A stretch of DNA of 59,580 bases, taken from a virus. Lineage: Duplodnaviria > Caudoviricetes. Below, in pieces: positions 1 to 9,864 of this stretch (positions are counted from its first letter, which is position 1; each line of letters opens with the position of its first letter). Both the position numbers and the translations under genes were made by a program. Below the pieces are notes generated by a model. The model made no database searches and was not told the DNA's origin. It saw nothing but the letters and a program-made list of their open reading frames with translations. The stretch spans positions 1-59,580 of IMG/VR virus record IMGVR_UViG_3300046167_000203. One strand, 5' to 3'.

Positions 1-3000
1 CCTTGGATCTGACATCCAAGAAGGTTTTGCTCCTGGGTTAGGGGCAATGATTATAGAACCAACTATATCATTGAAAGCCGCTCTAATCTTTGGATTAGAT
101 GTTTCAAATGGATTTGATGGATCAAAGAAATCTAAATCTTCTGGTACAAGACCTACTTCCTGTAGGTATCTTTTATATGTCTCACTACCTTTCTTAGCTT
201 TTCTTGCCCAATGTGGTAACGTGATCATAGCAGCTTTTAATGCTGATACTCTTGTGGCATCAGTTACTGGTTGTAATAAATTTAATTTAAATGTTACAGA
301 ATTAAATTTTTCCCAAGGAATGCTAGCATTGACTTCTGCTGCATTTTGATAAGCATATTGAAAACCTTGATATATAGTACCTATGTCTTTTGCAAATATT
401 TGTAAATCTGTATCATCTGCATCATAGGCTTTCTGAAACGCACGATATTTGTCTCCAATGGTGCCTTTTGTAAAAGCTGCTTTCCCCGTAGTTTTTGCCA
501 TTCTATATGGCATCTTTAGGGTATTCTTCATAAGCTCATGTAGATTGACTAGACCACCCATCACACCTAATCTTTGAAATGCAAATAAAGGTTCCGCAAC
601 GGCAAGTATGGCAGATGCATTTAAAAGAATTAAGTTTCCAAAAGCTCTTGTACCACTTTGAACGCTATAAAAAAAATCACTGTCTGTTGCTCCAAAGAAT
701 GATTTGGTTGGAAGCGTACCTAAATTGGCTTTGATTGCATAAATAATCTTTGCTCTATCAGTTTTATTTAATTTTTTCTCTTTTCTAGCCATAAGTTCTT
801 GATCAATTAAACCGCCTTCATCAACAGCCTCTGAAATCTTTTCGCCTCTGACACCAAACCTATTGACAAAAGCCATACGTCTTACAGTAGTGGTAATATA
901 TTTTTGAATAACACCATAAGTATCATTATCAAGAAAATCTTCTAATTTCATTTTCTTAGTTATGCCCCCACCTATAGGAACATCAAACACTTGATATGGA
1001 TTCATATTAATAATTCTTTTCAGTTCCTGTGGGGTATAGCTGTAAACCTTTTCCTCTTGAAGAACACTTAGGTCAAACCCCCATATAGGTGCATTGCCCT
1101 CATTATTTATTTTTGTAACTATACCATCCGCCTTTTCTCTAGCAGCTTCTGGTGTAGCACCATCATCTATAAAAACTTTTGTAAAGAAATCAGTAAGAGC
1201 ATTAGTTTTATCCATACCTTTTAATGGACCAGTTTTAAATTTACCATCACCTAAAGTATAAACTTGTGGAAAATACATAAGAATCTTTGGTGGAGGAGGG
1301 GCACCATATTTTCCGTAAGTCTGTTCTATTAACCCATATAAATCATTCATTAACTTTCTAAGGTCTCTTGCCTTATCAATAGTCAAGCCAACTTGTCTCA
1401 TCTCAGGTGTAATTTGTATGTTGCCTGTAGTTGGATTTACAAATTTACCTCTTAACAAATCAGGTACCAATTTAATTTGAGCAGTTGTCATATCATTTAA
1501 AATAGATTGAAATTGTCTAGTGTACTGACCGAGACCTTGATTGATCTCTTCATGTACATCCATTTCAATAATACCAGTTTCAGTTCTACTTGTTCTGGCA
1601 TACTGATCTCTATCTAAGATGTTAGCTAGTTTATAAGCGGTTGGTGTACCTCTTCCTAAACCAACAATTCTCCTAGCACTTCTAGTATAGTAACCTGTAT
1701 TTGCAGATATTTTTTCTAATCTGATTTGATTTTTTTCAGTATCAAGAAAAGAAGATTTAGGATTTTGTGATCTTGCGAAGACGGGTGTTACATCTTCCTC
1801 TGTGTTTACAGTATCAGGAACAAGGGTATCTTGTGTATATGCCTTTTCCATTTTGGGAGCATATTTTTTAATAAAAGATTTTTGATTAGCTTTGTATTTA
1901 TTAAATAAAAAACTGCCTCTATCTAAGACTTCATTGAGATTATTAATTCCATCCCTTGATCCAATCCTAATTCTTTCTGCTCTTTTTTGGACAGCACTCG
2001 GTATGTCTGGGATTTGTTCAATGTTTCCGATGAGGTAGGCTCTGGCTTGACCTTTCCCGATCCTAGGGTGGAGGTCTGAGATTTTTTGGACTGCTTCATT
2101 TATTATTCCTTTTTTAAAATCACCTATAGTTTTATTGTAACCTTGACTGTCGGGTGTTGCAACTTTTTCAAGAGATCTTAATTTATAATCTTTTGGTATT
2201 ATAGATATAGATCCATACTTAGATAAATCAGTTTTACTAATAGCATTCGATACAGATGTCTCATCCATTAAAGCAGGACCACCATCTAAATGAATGTCAA
2301 AAACAATTCCATTTGCTCTAGGTGTTACGGATACTGTCCTGCCGATAGTGTTACTTAACTGTCCCATAACATTGTCTGGAATACTTTTAATTTCAGTAGT
2401 CTCAAGAAACACACTGAAAGTTCTTTCAAAACCTTCGGGAGCAGGTTCATTTAAATTAGCATTAGAGAAAATACCTGCGGTTGTTTTTTCTTGTCTAAGT
2501 GACATACCTAATAAAGTCATAAAAGTATCGATATCTTTTGCATCAAAGTTACCGTAACCTCTTGAATCTTTATATCGCATTGGAACACGAATATTAGGCT
2601 TAGTAAAACCATTAGAAGTAGCCATACCATCCGTAGTTACTCTGACCATAGTGGTTTTTCTATTTCGCATAACACTTGCAATCATGTCCACAAAGGATGG
2701 TTGTTTCTTTCCCTCGTCTCTACTTCGTGCAGTAATTTTGGAAATGTAGGAAGCATCAATTTTATCTGCCTCTTTATTAAGACCAACAAAACCTTCTTTA
2801 TCTTTTGCAAAAGATTTAATTTCTTCAAACTGATTACTTACAACATTAGATTGATTGTCAACTCCAACCGTTCCTACAAAGGCTTCTTGATAACCAAGTA
2901 AGTTATCTCTCAATGCATATGGAACCTTTGGATCTCTAAGAACTTGCTTAGTTAATTTATCGTTAGGTATTGAAACACCCGCTTCTTTTAACTTTGGTAG

Positions 3001-6000
3001 AACTCTATTTTGTAAAACAAGTGCGTAATCATCATAGTTTTGTACTTCGTTCTTTTCTACTTTTGATAAGCCTCTTTCATGTACCCAAGCAGGTGCTTGT
3101 ATCTGCCATGTCTCATAAGGCTGAACACCCGCAGGTAAATTTGCATTCTGTTCATTTCTTATTTTAATGTAGAACTCACTAAGGATATGATACATGACAT
3201 AATTATTTGCTATGTCATCACCTGTAATACCGAATGAGGATGCCACTTGTCTGTCATTAGTAGATAAAGGTACTTCATTTCTTATTCCGCCTAGATATAA
3301 AAAGGTACCACTAAAAGATCTAGTTTTTGGTGCTCCTAAAAATTCATCGGATAGGGCAGTTGTCACAGCAGTTGGACTTACTAAATCTGTTGTGATTGGT
3401 TTACCTTGATAATGCTCAGACAATAAAGCAATTGTTCTATACATATTGTCTATTGGATCTGCCATTGGACTAGTGGCTGCAACTACATCCCAAAATGTTT
3501 CTATCTCTGTAGAGGTCATATCTGGAAAATAATTACCAACAACTTCAGAACTTACTTCATACCAATATCGTGCTCTGTCTGGTAATTTTAAAGCATCGTT
3601 CCAAAATTCTTGTTCTCTTGGAACCATCTTATTAGTAAGACCTAATTTCTCTAATTCTGCTTTAGCACCTGGAACTTTATCTAAAGTCTCTGCCCATATA
3701 TCTGCTACAGATTTCTTACCAACATAGCCTATGCCTCTTTGAGTTAAGTCTAAGTCTGTAAATCTCTCACCATTTATAGTTTTGGCTACAGTGTTAGGTG
3801 CTTTTTGTACCGTTGCTCTTTGATACTCTGGTATTGCTTTTTGTATATCTTCTATGTTCTTAGATGGTGTGTCTGTACCATCTGTTCCATCTGTCTTACG
3901 GGCAAATAAAGGTGTGGTGTCTTGTGCACTATCACTTAGAGTTATGTACTCATAGACAGGTTTCTTTTCTGTACTATTCCCATAAAAAATTTCACCTACA
4001 ACAGGTCCTAACTCAACATTAGGTGCATACATTACTGGTCTTAAACGTGGTTGATCTTTACTGTCGGGAAAAGTAGCTAACTTAGTTGCACCATTCATAT
4101 TGACTTTTAGTGTATATTGATGAGGACCACTTGGAGATTTTGCTTTTTGGTTACCACCATTTTCTATACTAAGATTATTTGTAGATGTTACAGAAACTAA
4201 AGTGTGTATTGGGTCTGTATCATTGTCACGATCTGCCCACTTCCATTTAGTTCTTTTCTTTGCTTTTTTACTTGGGTTTACTAAGTTTACAGCCTTACCA
4301 ATTTGACCTGTAACCACTTCTGGTGGTGATAGTTTAGCTTCAACATCACTAGTAACCATTGATGGTATGCCTCTTTCGTTGATAGCAATCTCAACACCAG
4401 TATATGTTTTGCCTGTTACATCTCTGTCTGCATTGTTGTCTATGTCTAGATCAATGTAGTTACCTCCTGCTAAAGGGTTCTCTATATTCATCTGTTCTTG
4501 TACGTCTGGTCTGTTGTCTGGAACAGGGCGAACTCTGCCATAGACAGCAGTCTGATCCTCGAATGGATTATTTGCTTCTGTATCCATTCCGTATTTAGTT
4601 TTGATATTGTTTAGGTAATCATCAACTAAGTTCTTGCCTGTTAATCTTTCAAAGAATTCTCTAACGGCTCTGATGATCTGTCTGATGAAGTACTGAACTT
4701 TGTTTTCATACTCACCACTACGTCTAGTGATTGGACCTCTATATCTGTTCTCAACCATCTCACCTAAAGTAAAAGCAATATATTCTTCTGCTCTGTCTGC
4801 TATATTTAGGTCTTTATAATACGGATCGTTCTCAATAAATTGTTTATTGAAGTCTGTGTCTGGGATACTATTGTACATATCCACCATCATTTCTGGTGTT
4901 ATGTTTTTCATCTTGATACCAAAATGAACTAGCTCGTGTGCTAAAGACTCAACCCTTACAGATGGTTGTTGATTAAGTCTGATTGCAATGGCACCTCTTT
5001 GTAAGTTGCCTTCTGTCTGTTTAATCCAACCACGGATATAAGCACCAATCATTCCGTCTGCAATGTCTGGGTCTATATCCATTTTATTCAAGTAACTAGC
5101 TAGGTTTACAACGTCTACTTTCTCTAGGTCTTTATCTAAAGTTTTAGCAAACATATTTATAATCTGTCTGACAGCAGGTTTATCTTTCCCTGGGACATTA
5201 GTTAGTAAGCCTTCAATGCCTTCACCTAATGGAAGTTCACCTGCTCTTTGGACAGCATCATTAGTTTTTATATTCTGAGTTCGAGCAAACTTAACTGTCT
5301 GATTACTAGACATCTCAGCAAGTTTGTTTTTAAGAGTTTCGATTGCTTCTGCTTTATTACTACCAATTGGAGTATTTATACTATAAGCAGGTGAATCTGG
5401 TTGAAATCCTCTTTCATTAGTTTGATACCAAGCAATTGATGAGTCAATGCCTCCTACAAATCTAGATGTATATAAAGTGTTCTTACCATCTGATAAAGAT
5501 GTCACGGGAGATGCCATAGTATCAATACTACCATCAGGTAATCGTGGCTTAGTTGTCTTTTGAGTGTACTCAACTTCTGTTTCAGCTTCTGCCTGATCTA
5601 TAACCTGATCTTGTTCTGGTGTTTTGTTAAACTCAAAACCTTGGTTCATATCATACTGACCAGTTTCAGGATCAGCAAAGTATTGTGTGCCTGTCTGAGT
5701 TTCTGTTGTCTGTGTCTGGTTGAAAGGTAAGTTTGGTTGTACAGCATTGTCTTGTGTGACAGGTATCACATCGCTTGATGTCTGACCTTCAGCAGCAGTT
5801 TCAATTTTTTCTTGTGCTTCGGCTTGTCTCGCTGTTGGTTCTTTTGGTGTCTGCTCTGTCTGAGTTAATTGATCTTGAGGTCTGTTAGCTGCATCAAAAG
5901 CATCTGCCTCATCCATTTCAGCTAACATTCTGTTTCGTGCATTAATTAAACGGCTATAGACATCAGCAGTCAGCAAGATATTCTTTGGAACAGGTACTCC

Positions 6001-7731
6001 ACTAGAAGACAATGTACCACTAGACTTAGCAATGGATCGAGTTCCAGTTTTACTGGAAGGATCAAAAACCGTAATGTGGGTCTTCTGGGGTTTACCAGAT
6101 TTTTGAAATGGACTTAATGGGTTGCCATTCTTACTAAGAACAACTCTAAAGACTTGACCATTAGCTGTCTGAAACACATAACGTGGCACAACAACATTCT
6201 TCATTGGATCCATCATGATTTTTGTTATCATGACTCTCTCTTGTGCATCTCCTAATTTTCTTTGGTTATCAGCATTATTCCTAACAGCAACATCTTTAAT
6301 TGAATTAATTTCTGCAATAATTCGATCACCTTGTCCCAACCATTTAAAAAAGTTAACGGTGTTAGAAACTCTGACATCTCCCTTATAATCATCATCCTGT
6401 CTCTTGCTAATATCATATTCTTCCATACGATTAATTTGTTTAGATAGAAAAGAGGATCTATTTGCTGCATTTTCTGGATCGGTAATATCTTTAAATTCAC
6501 TTGGGTCGAGATCAACAATAGTCCCAGTATTTGTAGTATCACCTTCAAATATAGAAAGCTCACCACCTTCTGGATCTAAAACCTCTCCATCAACTGCATC
6601 ATTAATTACTGGTGTAGAATTATCTGGACTAAATGGTGCTTTTAGTTTGCCACTTTTTGCATAGTTATAAGCAAGACCTGCGGATGTTGTTGGAAAGTCA
6701 AAAAAGATAGAGCCGATTGCCGCATCTACCGCACCTTCAGTAATATCTCTATCTCTATCAAAACTATTTCTGGCAAGAATATTAGAAGAAATAACGTCAG
6801 CAACTTCTAAAGATGGTTGTAATATTAAAGTTTGTTGTACTGCCTGACTAGCAAGTTGACCTGTAGTTAAACGACTAGTTAGCTTTTTAGCTCCTCCAAC
6901 ACCAAAAGTTGTAGCACCATAACCAATTGGTTGTGCAAGAGATCCTGTAACTCTAAGAGGTGTTAATAATACAGCAGCCGATGCAAGAGCACCAGATTTT
7001 AAAGCATCTACTTTTGCAACATCATAAGCTAAACTATAAGACTCTTTTACACTTTTGCCTTGGTTTCTATAAGAAGCGAAGGCATCTTTAAACGTACCTC
7101 CGAGTTGTTGAAGACCTACTGCTCCACCAGAACCACCTGCTGCACCAGTTAAACCTGCTACCGCTGTACCAAAACCAGGTACAACTGAACCTGTAGCCGC
7201 ACCCACACCACCTCCCGCAACTAATCCTGCAATCGAAGGCATAGTACCACCTGCTAGGTTACCCCACCAATCAGCATCAATAAGTTTTGACCAACTGTCT
7301 TTATCATAACCAAGTCTCTTTGGTGGTTCACCTAAACTCTTTTGATATTTTTGTTCTGCGGCTAACATATTAGTGTCTGTGTCATTTGAAATAAGTGACA
7401 TACCAAAACCCACATCAGCAAAACCTTTATCGGCTGCGGCATAAGTAGCATCAATAAAACCACCAATACCACCATCATCACCTGCACTTGGCTCTGAATA
7501 ATCAGTTGCACCAAACTCTGATAAGATATTACTAAGATCAATATCATTTGTTTGAGGTGTCGCACTTTTACGAGTGGTAAAGTCAGATATAACTTTCTTT
7601 AGTTCTTCTGTCTGGTTACCCATTTGAGGTGCTAGATTTTTAAAAGCTCGTTGACTGTCTTTTAATTTAGTTGCACCAAAATCGCTTTCACCTGTTGTTG
7701 GGTTAGCAAATAAGTCATTCTCTAAAGCCAT
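1..7731 (-). CDS. Giant internal virion/ejection (polyvalent-like) protein, N-terminal 2577 codons; runs off the window start and continues at 59580
   Basis: ATG at 7731 lies just after the stop of 7733..8434 (MALENDLFANPTTGES...). Spot translation is open throughout, and the track lists no stop-terminated ORF in this frame. Contains a Gly/Ala hydrophobic segment, a HELVH zincin motif and a glycosylase-like domain. Confidence 0.9.
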   Translation of the reverse strand, partial: MALENDLFANPTTGESDFGATKLKDSQRAFKNLAPQMGNQTEELKKVISDFTTRKSATPQTNDIDLSNILSEFGATDYSEPSAGDDGGIGGFIDATYAAADKGFADVGFGMSLISNDTDTNMLAAEQKYQKSLGEPPKRLGYDKDSWSKLIDADWWGNLAGGTMPSIAGLVAGGGVGAATGSVVPGFGTAVAGLTGAAGGSGGAVGLQQLGGTFKDAFASYRNQGKSVKESYSLAYDVAKVDALKSGALASAAVLLTPLRVTGSLAQPIGYGATTFGVGGAKKLTSRLTTGQLASQAVQQTLILQPSLEVADVISSNILARNSFDRDRDITEGAVDAAIGSIFFDFPTTSAGLAYNYAKSGKLKAPFSPDNSTPVINDAVDGEVLDPEGGELSIFEGDTTNTGTIVDLDPSEFKDITDPENAANRSSFLSKQINRMEEYDISKRQDDDYKGDVRVSNTVNFFKWLGQGDRIIAEINSIKDVAVRNNADNQRKLGDAQERVMITKIMMDPMKNVVVPRYVFQTANGQVFRVVLSKNGNPLSPFQKSGKPQKTHITVFDPSSKTGTRSIAKSSGTLSSSGVPVPKNILLTADVYSRLINARNRMLAEMDEADAFDAANRPQDQLTQTEQTPKEPTARQAEAQEKIETAAEGQTSSDVIPVTQDNAVQPNLPFNQTQTTETQTGTQYFADPETGQYDMNQGFEFNKTPEQDQVIDQAEAETEVEYTQKTTKPRLPDGSIDTMASPVTSLSDGKNTLYTSRFVGGIDSSIAWYQTNERGFQPDSPAYSINTPIGSNKAEAIETLKNKLAEMSSNQTVKFARTQNIKTNDAVQRAGELPLGEGIEGLLTNVPGKDKPAVRQIINMFAKTLDKDLEKVDVVNLASYLNKMDIDPDIADGMIGAYIRGWIKQTEGNLQRGAIAIRLNQQPSVRVESLAHELVHFGIKMKNITPEMMVDMYNSIPDTDFNKQFIENDPYYKDLNIADRAEEYIAFTLGEMVENRYRGPITRRSGEYENKVQYFIRQIIRAVREFFERLTGKNLVDDYLNNIKTKYGMDTEANNPFEDQTAVYGRVRPVPDNRPDVQEQMNIENPLAGGNYIDLDIDNNADRDVTGKTYTGVEIAINERGIPSMVTSDVEAKLSPPEVVTGQIGKAVNLVNPSKKAKKRTKWKWADRDNDTDPIHTLVSVTSTNNLSIENGGNQKAKSPSGPHQYTLKVNMNGATKLATFPDSKDQPRLRPVMYAPNVELGPVVGEIFYGNSTEKKPVYEYITLSDSAQDTTPLFARKTDGTDGTDTPSKNIEDIQKAIPEYQRATVQKAPNTVAKTINGERFTDLDLTQRGIGYVGKKSVADIWAETLDKVPGAKAELEKLGLTNKMVPREQEFWNDALKLPDRARYWYEVSSEVVGNYFPDMTSTEIETFWDVVAATSPMADPIDNMYRTIALLSEHYQGKPITTDLVSPTAVTTALSDEFLGAPKTRSFSGTFLYLGGIRNEVPLSTNDRQVASSFGITGDDIANNYVMYHILSEFYIKIRNEQNANLPAGVQPYETWQIQAPAWVHERGLSKVEKNEVQNYDDYALVLQNRVLPKLKEAGVSIPNDKLTKQVLRDPKVPYALRDNLLGYQEAFVGTVGVDNQSNVVSNQFEEIKSFAKDKEGFVGLNKEADKIDASYISKITARSRDEGKKQPSFVDMIASVMRNRKTTMVRVTTDGMATSNGFTKPNIRVPMRYKDSRGYGNFDAKDIDTFMTLLGMSLRQEKTTAGIFSNANLNEPAPEGFERTFSVFLETTEIKSIPDNVMGQLSNTIGRTVSVTPRANGIVFDIHLDGGPALMDETSVSNAISKTDLSKYGSISIIPKDYKLRSLEKVATPDSQGYNKTIGDFKKGIINEAVQKISDLHPRIGKGQARAYLIGNIEQIPDIPSAVQKRAERIRIGSRDGINNLNEVLDRGSFLFNKYKANQKSFIKKYAPKMEKAYTQDTLVPDTVNTEEDVTPVFARSQNPKSSFLDTEKNQIRLEKISANTGYYTRSARRIVGLGRGTPTAYKLANILDRDQYARTSRTETGIIEMDVHEEINQGLGQYTRQFQSILNDMTTAQIKLVPDLLRGKFVNPTTGNIQITPEMRQVGLTIDKARDLRKLMNDLYGLIEQTYGKYGAPPPPKILMYFPQVYTLGDGKFKTGPLKGMDKTNALTDFFTKVFIDDGATPEAAREKADGIVTKINNEGNAPIWGFDLSVLQEEKVYSYTPQELKRIINMNPYQVFDVPIGGGITKKMKLEDFLDNDTYGVIQKYITTTVRRMAFVNRFGVRGEKISEAVDEGGLIDQELMARKEKKLNKTDRAKIIYAIKANLGTLPTKSFFGATDSDFFYSVQSGTRAFGNLILLNASAILAVAEPLFAFQRLGVMGGLVNLHELMKNTLKMPYRMAKTTGKAAFTKGTIGDKYRAFQKAYDADDTDLQIFAKDIGTIYQGFQYAYQNAAEVNASIPWEKFNSVTFKLNLLQPVTDATRVSALKAAMITLPHWARKAKKGSETYKRYLQEVGLVPEDLDFFDPSNPFETSNPKIRAAFNDIVGSIIIAPNPGAKPSWMSDPR

Positions 7732-7732
7732 A

Positions 7733-8434
7733 TTAGTTTCCTGCTATAATCATATTTATTATTTGATTTACGAGTGGTGCGGATTTATACTCTTGCATTA
7801 ATCTCTGACGTAGATTTTTTATAAAAGTAGGTTGGTCAGTTTCTGGTTTTTTATATTGGTTTTGAAGTGCTCTTATCTGGTCACCAACCTGACCACCAAA
7901 ACTAAGTTCACCACCCGTATTCTCAGTAAATAGATTTTTATCAATTTTACTTACACTTGGTCCTAACTGACTAACAGTATCGGTAATGATACCTTGGATG
8001 GCACCCATATCGTTCTGAACACCACTATTAATAATTTTATCTCTTATTATATTCTGAAGTGTTCCTAATGATGCCCCATAACCAGATTTAATATTACCAT
8101 CACTATCAAAATAGTCTGCATCAAGTACGCCTAATCCCATAATGTTACTGGTTATGACATCATTTAAATTATCAAAATCATTTAACTTTAAACTACCTTT
8201 ACCACCTGCTCTTATTTTAGCTGAACCTAATGTAGTCAGATTTGTATTAAGATTTCTTTGGTTTTTACCCGCTAAATCCATCTTGGCAATGTCATAATCT
8301 TTTGTAAGACCCAGATTAAACTGTCTGATCTGCTCATTCTTAGCTGCTATTTCTTTTTCTTTTGTCTTCTGAGCTACGTCTAAGCCACCTGCTAATTGAC
8401 CTATCCTAGAAACGGTTGTGTAAAAACTTGCCAT
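7733..8434 (-). CDS. Putative internal virion/ejection protein
   Basis: 233-aa ORF with RBS (AGGAG), in the ejection-protein position just before the giant gene. Confidence 0.6.
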   Translation of the reverse strand: MASFYTTVSRIGQLAGGLDVAQKTKEKEIAAKNEQIRQFNLGLTKDYDIAKMDLAGKNQRNLNTNLTTLGSAKIRAGGKGSLKLNDFDNLNDVITSNIMGLGVLDADYFDSDGNIKSGYGASLGTLQNIIRDKIINSGVQNDMGAIQGIITDTVSQLGPSVSKIDKNLFTENTGGELSFGGQVGDQIRALQNQYKKPETDQPTFIKNLRQRLMQEYKSAPLVNQIINMIIAGN

Positions 8435-8444
8435 TTAATTCTCC

Positions 8445-9860
8445 TTATGACTTGGTACTTGCAACAGATGCTTTGAATGCATTTGTAAATGGGTTAGTTA
8501 CACCTGCTGTTAGTGCACCACCACGATATGCGGCTTGAGATCCAAGATTAAGATTTGTCAATTGAGCTTTCTGATAATCTTGTAAGGCTATCTGTGAATC
8601 CATTGGGATCTTTGCTTTCAATTCTGCAAATCTCTGATCAAGGGAGGCTTTACCTTCTGTGAATATAGTACTGTCCATCATGCCTCTCTTAGACATAGTG
8701 GCTACAAAATCAGACGTTGCTTTTGTGTATGCATCATCTAGTTCCTTAGTTCTTCTATCTGAGAAACTTTGAATATAGTTTTGTCCGAAGTCACTGTTTG
8801 GATCTGTCTGTGCTCTAACTCTAGCCATCTCTGCTGCATATTGTTTTGCAGCTTCTTCAGCAGGGTCATCAGCAAAGGCAGTCACAAGTGCGGATCCAAC
8901 GGCTACGGCTTGTAATGGATCTTTCATTGCTTTGTTTACAATGTTATCCATGACTTTTTCAAAACTAAAATTTTTAAATGTAGTTGAACCATCATTACCA
9001 CTACCAGTGTTTGGATAAAAACCTGAGGCAGATACATTACCACTTGGATAATCAGCACTTACATTATTTCTCAAGGCATCTATAGTATTGTTGGTTTGGG
9101 TTGTTGTTGGACCAGTATTAAAACCATAACCTTGACTATTATTGTTAGCTCTCTGACCACCATTAAAAGTTTTTTCAAAAGCTAAATCAGAATCAAAATC
9201 TGCACCACTTGTTCCAGGGGCACCTAACATATTATAATTTCTTCCATCTGGAATATTAGGATTTGTTCCAACATTCGCCTCATAATTAGGTCCAACTGGC
9301 ATATTTGTATTTGGTGGTGCCATCTGTCCCGCAGTATTACGATATAACTGATCTGTTCTTCCAGATCCCATTGTCATACCACCTGTATTTCTAAAACTCA
9401 TATCATCATCTTGAATATTACCCATAATGTTCATTTGAGTTTGACCATCTACACCTTGCAGATAAGGTGCGTTCATCTTATACCCACCCTGACTAAATGA
9501 AGGTAGAGCTTGAACTTGTACTTTAGCTGCTGAATTATTTCTTGGGGGACCCATATTTGTATACATAGGTTTTGCCTGTTGGTTACCCATAAGACGGTCA
9601 TATGTATTTCCGAATGTTCCGACTTTACCAAAACCTTGTGCAAGACCATATCCACCAAGACCTGCTTGCAGGGCACCACTTGCACCACCTGCTTTAAAAC
9701 CAGAAGCTAGATTAAGACCACCTAATGTCTTGTTAATTGTGTCCCCATATTTCATACCATCGAAAGCTCCGAAGCCTCCGAGTGTTGAACCTAAAGCCAG
9801 ACCTGCTCTGACTTCATCTTTATTGAGGAAATTTCCTATTTTTTTAAATATACTTGCCAT
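8445..9860 (-). CDS. Putative DNA ejection (pilot) protein
   Basis: Amphipathic Gly-rich N-terminus, low-complexity middle, helical C-terminus; podovirus synteny. Confidence 0.6.
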   Translation of the reverse strand: MASIFKKIGNFLNKDEVRAGLALGSTLGGFGAFDGMKYGDTINKTLGGLNLASGFKAGGASGALQAGLGGYGLAQGFGKVGTFGNTYDRLMGNQQAKPMYTNMGPPRNNSAAKVQVQALPSFSQGGYKMNAPYLQGVDGQTQMNIMGNIQDDDMSFRNTGGMTMGSGRTDQLYRNTAGQMAPPNTNMPVGPNYEANVGTNPNIPDGRNYNMLGAPGTSGADFDSDLAFEKTFNGGQRANNNSQGYGFNTGPTTTQTNNTIDALRNNVSADYPSGNVSASGFYPNTGSGNDGSTTFKNFSFEKVMDNIVNKAMKDPLQAVAVGSALVTAFADDPAEEAAKQYAAEMARVRAQTDPNSDFGQNYIQSFSDRRTKELDDAYTKATSDFVATMSKRGMMDSTIFTEGKASLDQRFAELKAKIPMDSQIALQDYQKAQLTNLNLGSQAAYRGGALTAGVTNPFTNAFKASVASTKS

Positions 9861-9864
9861 TGTT

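Noticed and set aside
47-7565. Short ORFs listed on both strands in 1-7.6 kb, and similar shadow ORFs elsewhere
   Set aside because: They are antisense or off-frame to long genes with recognisable motifs and have no RBS support
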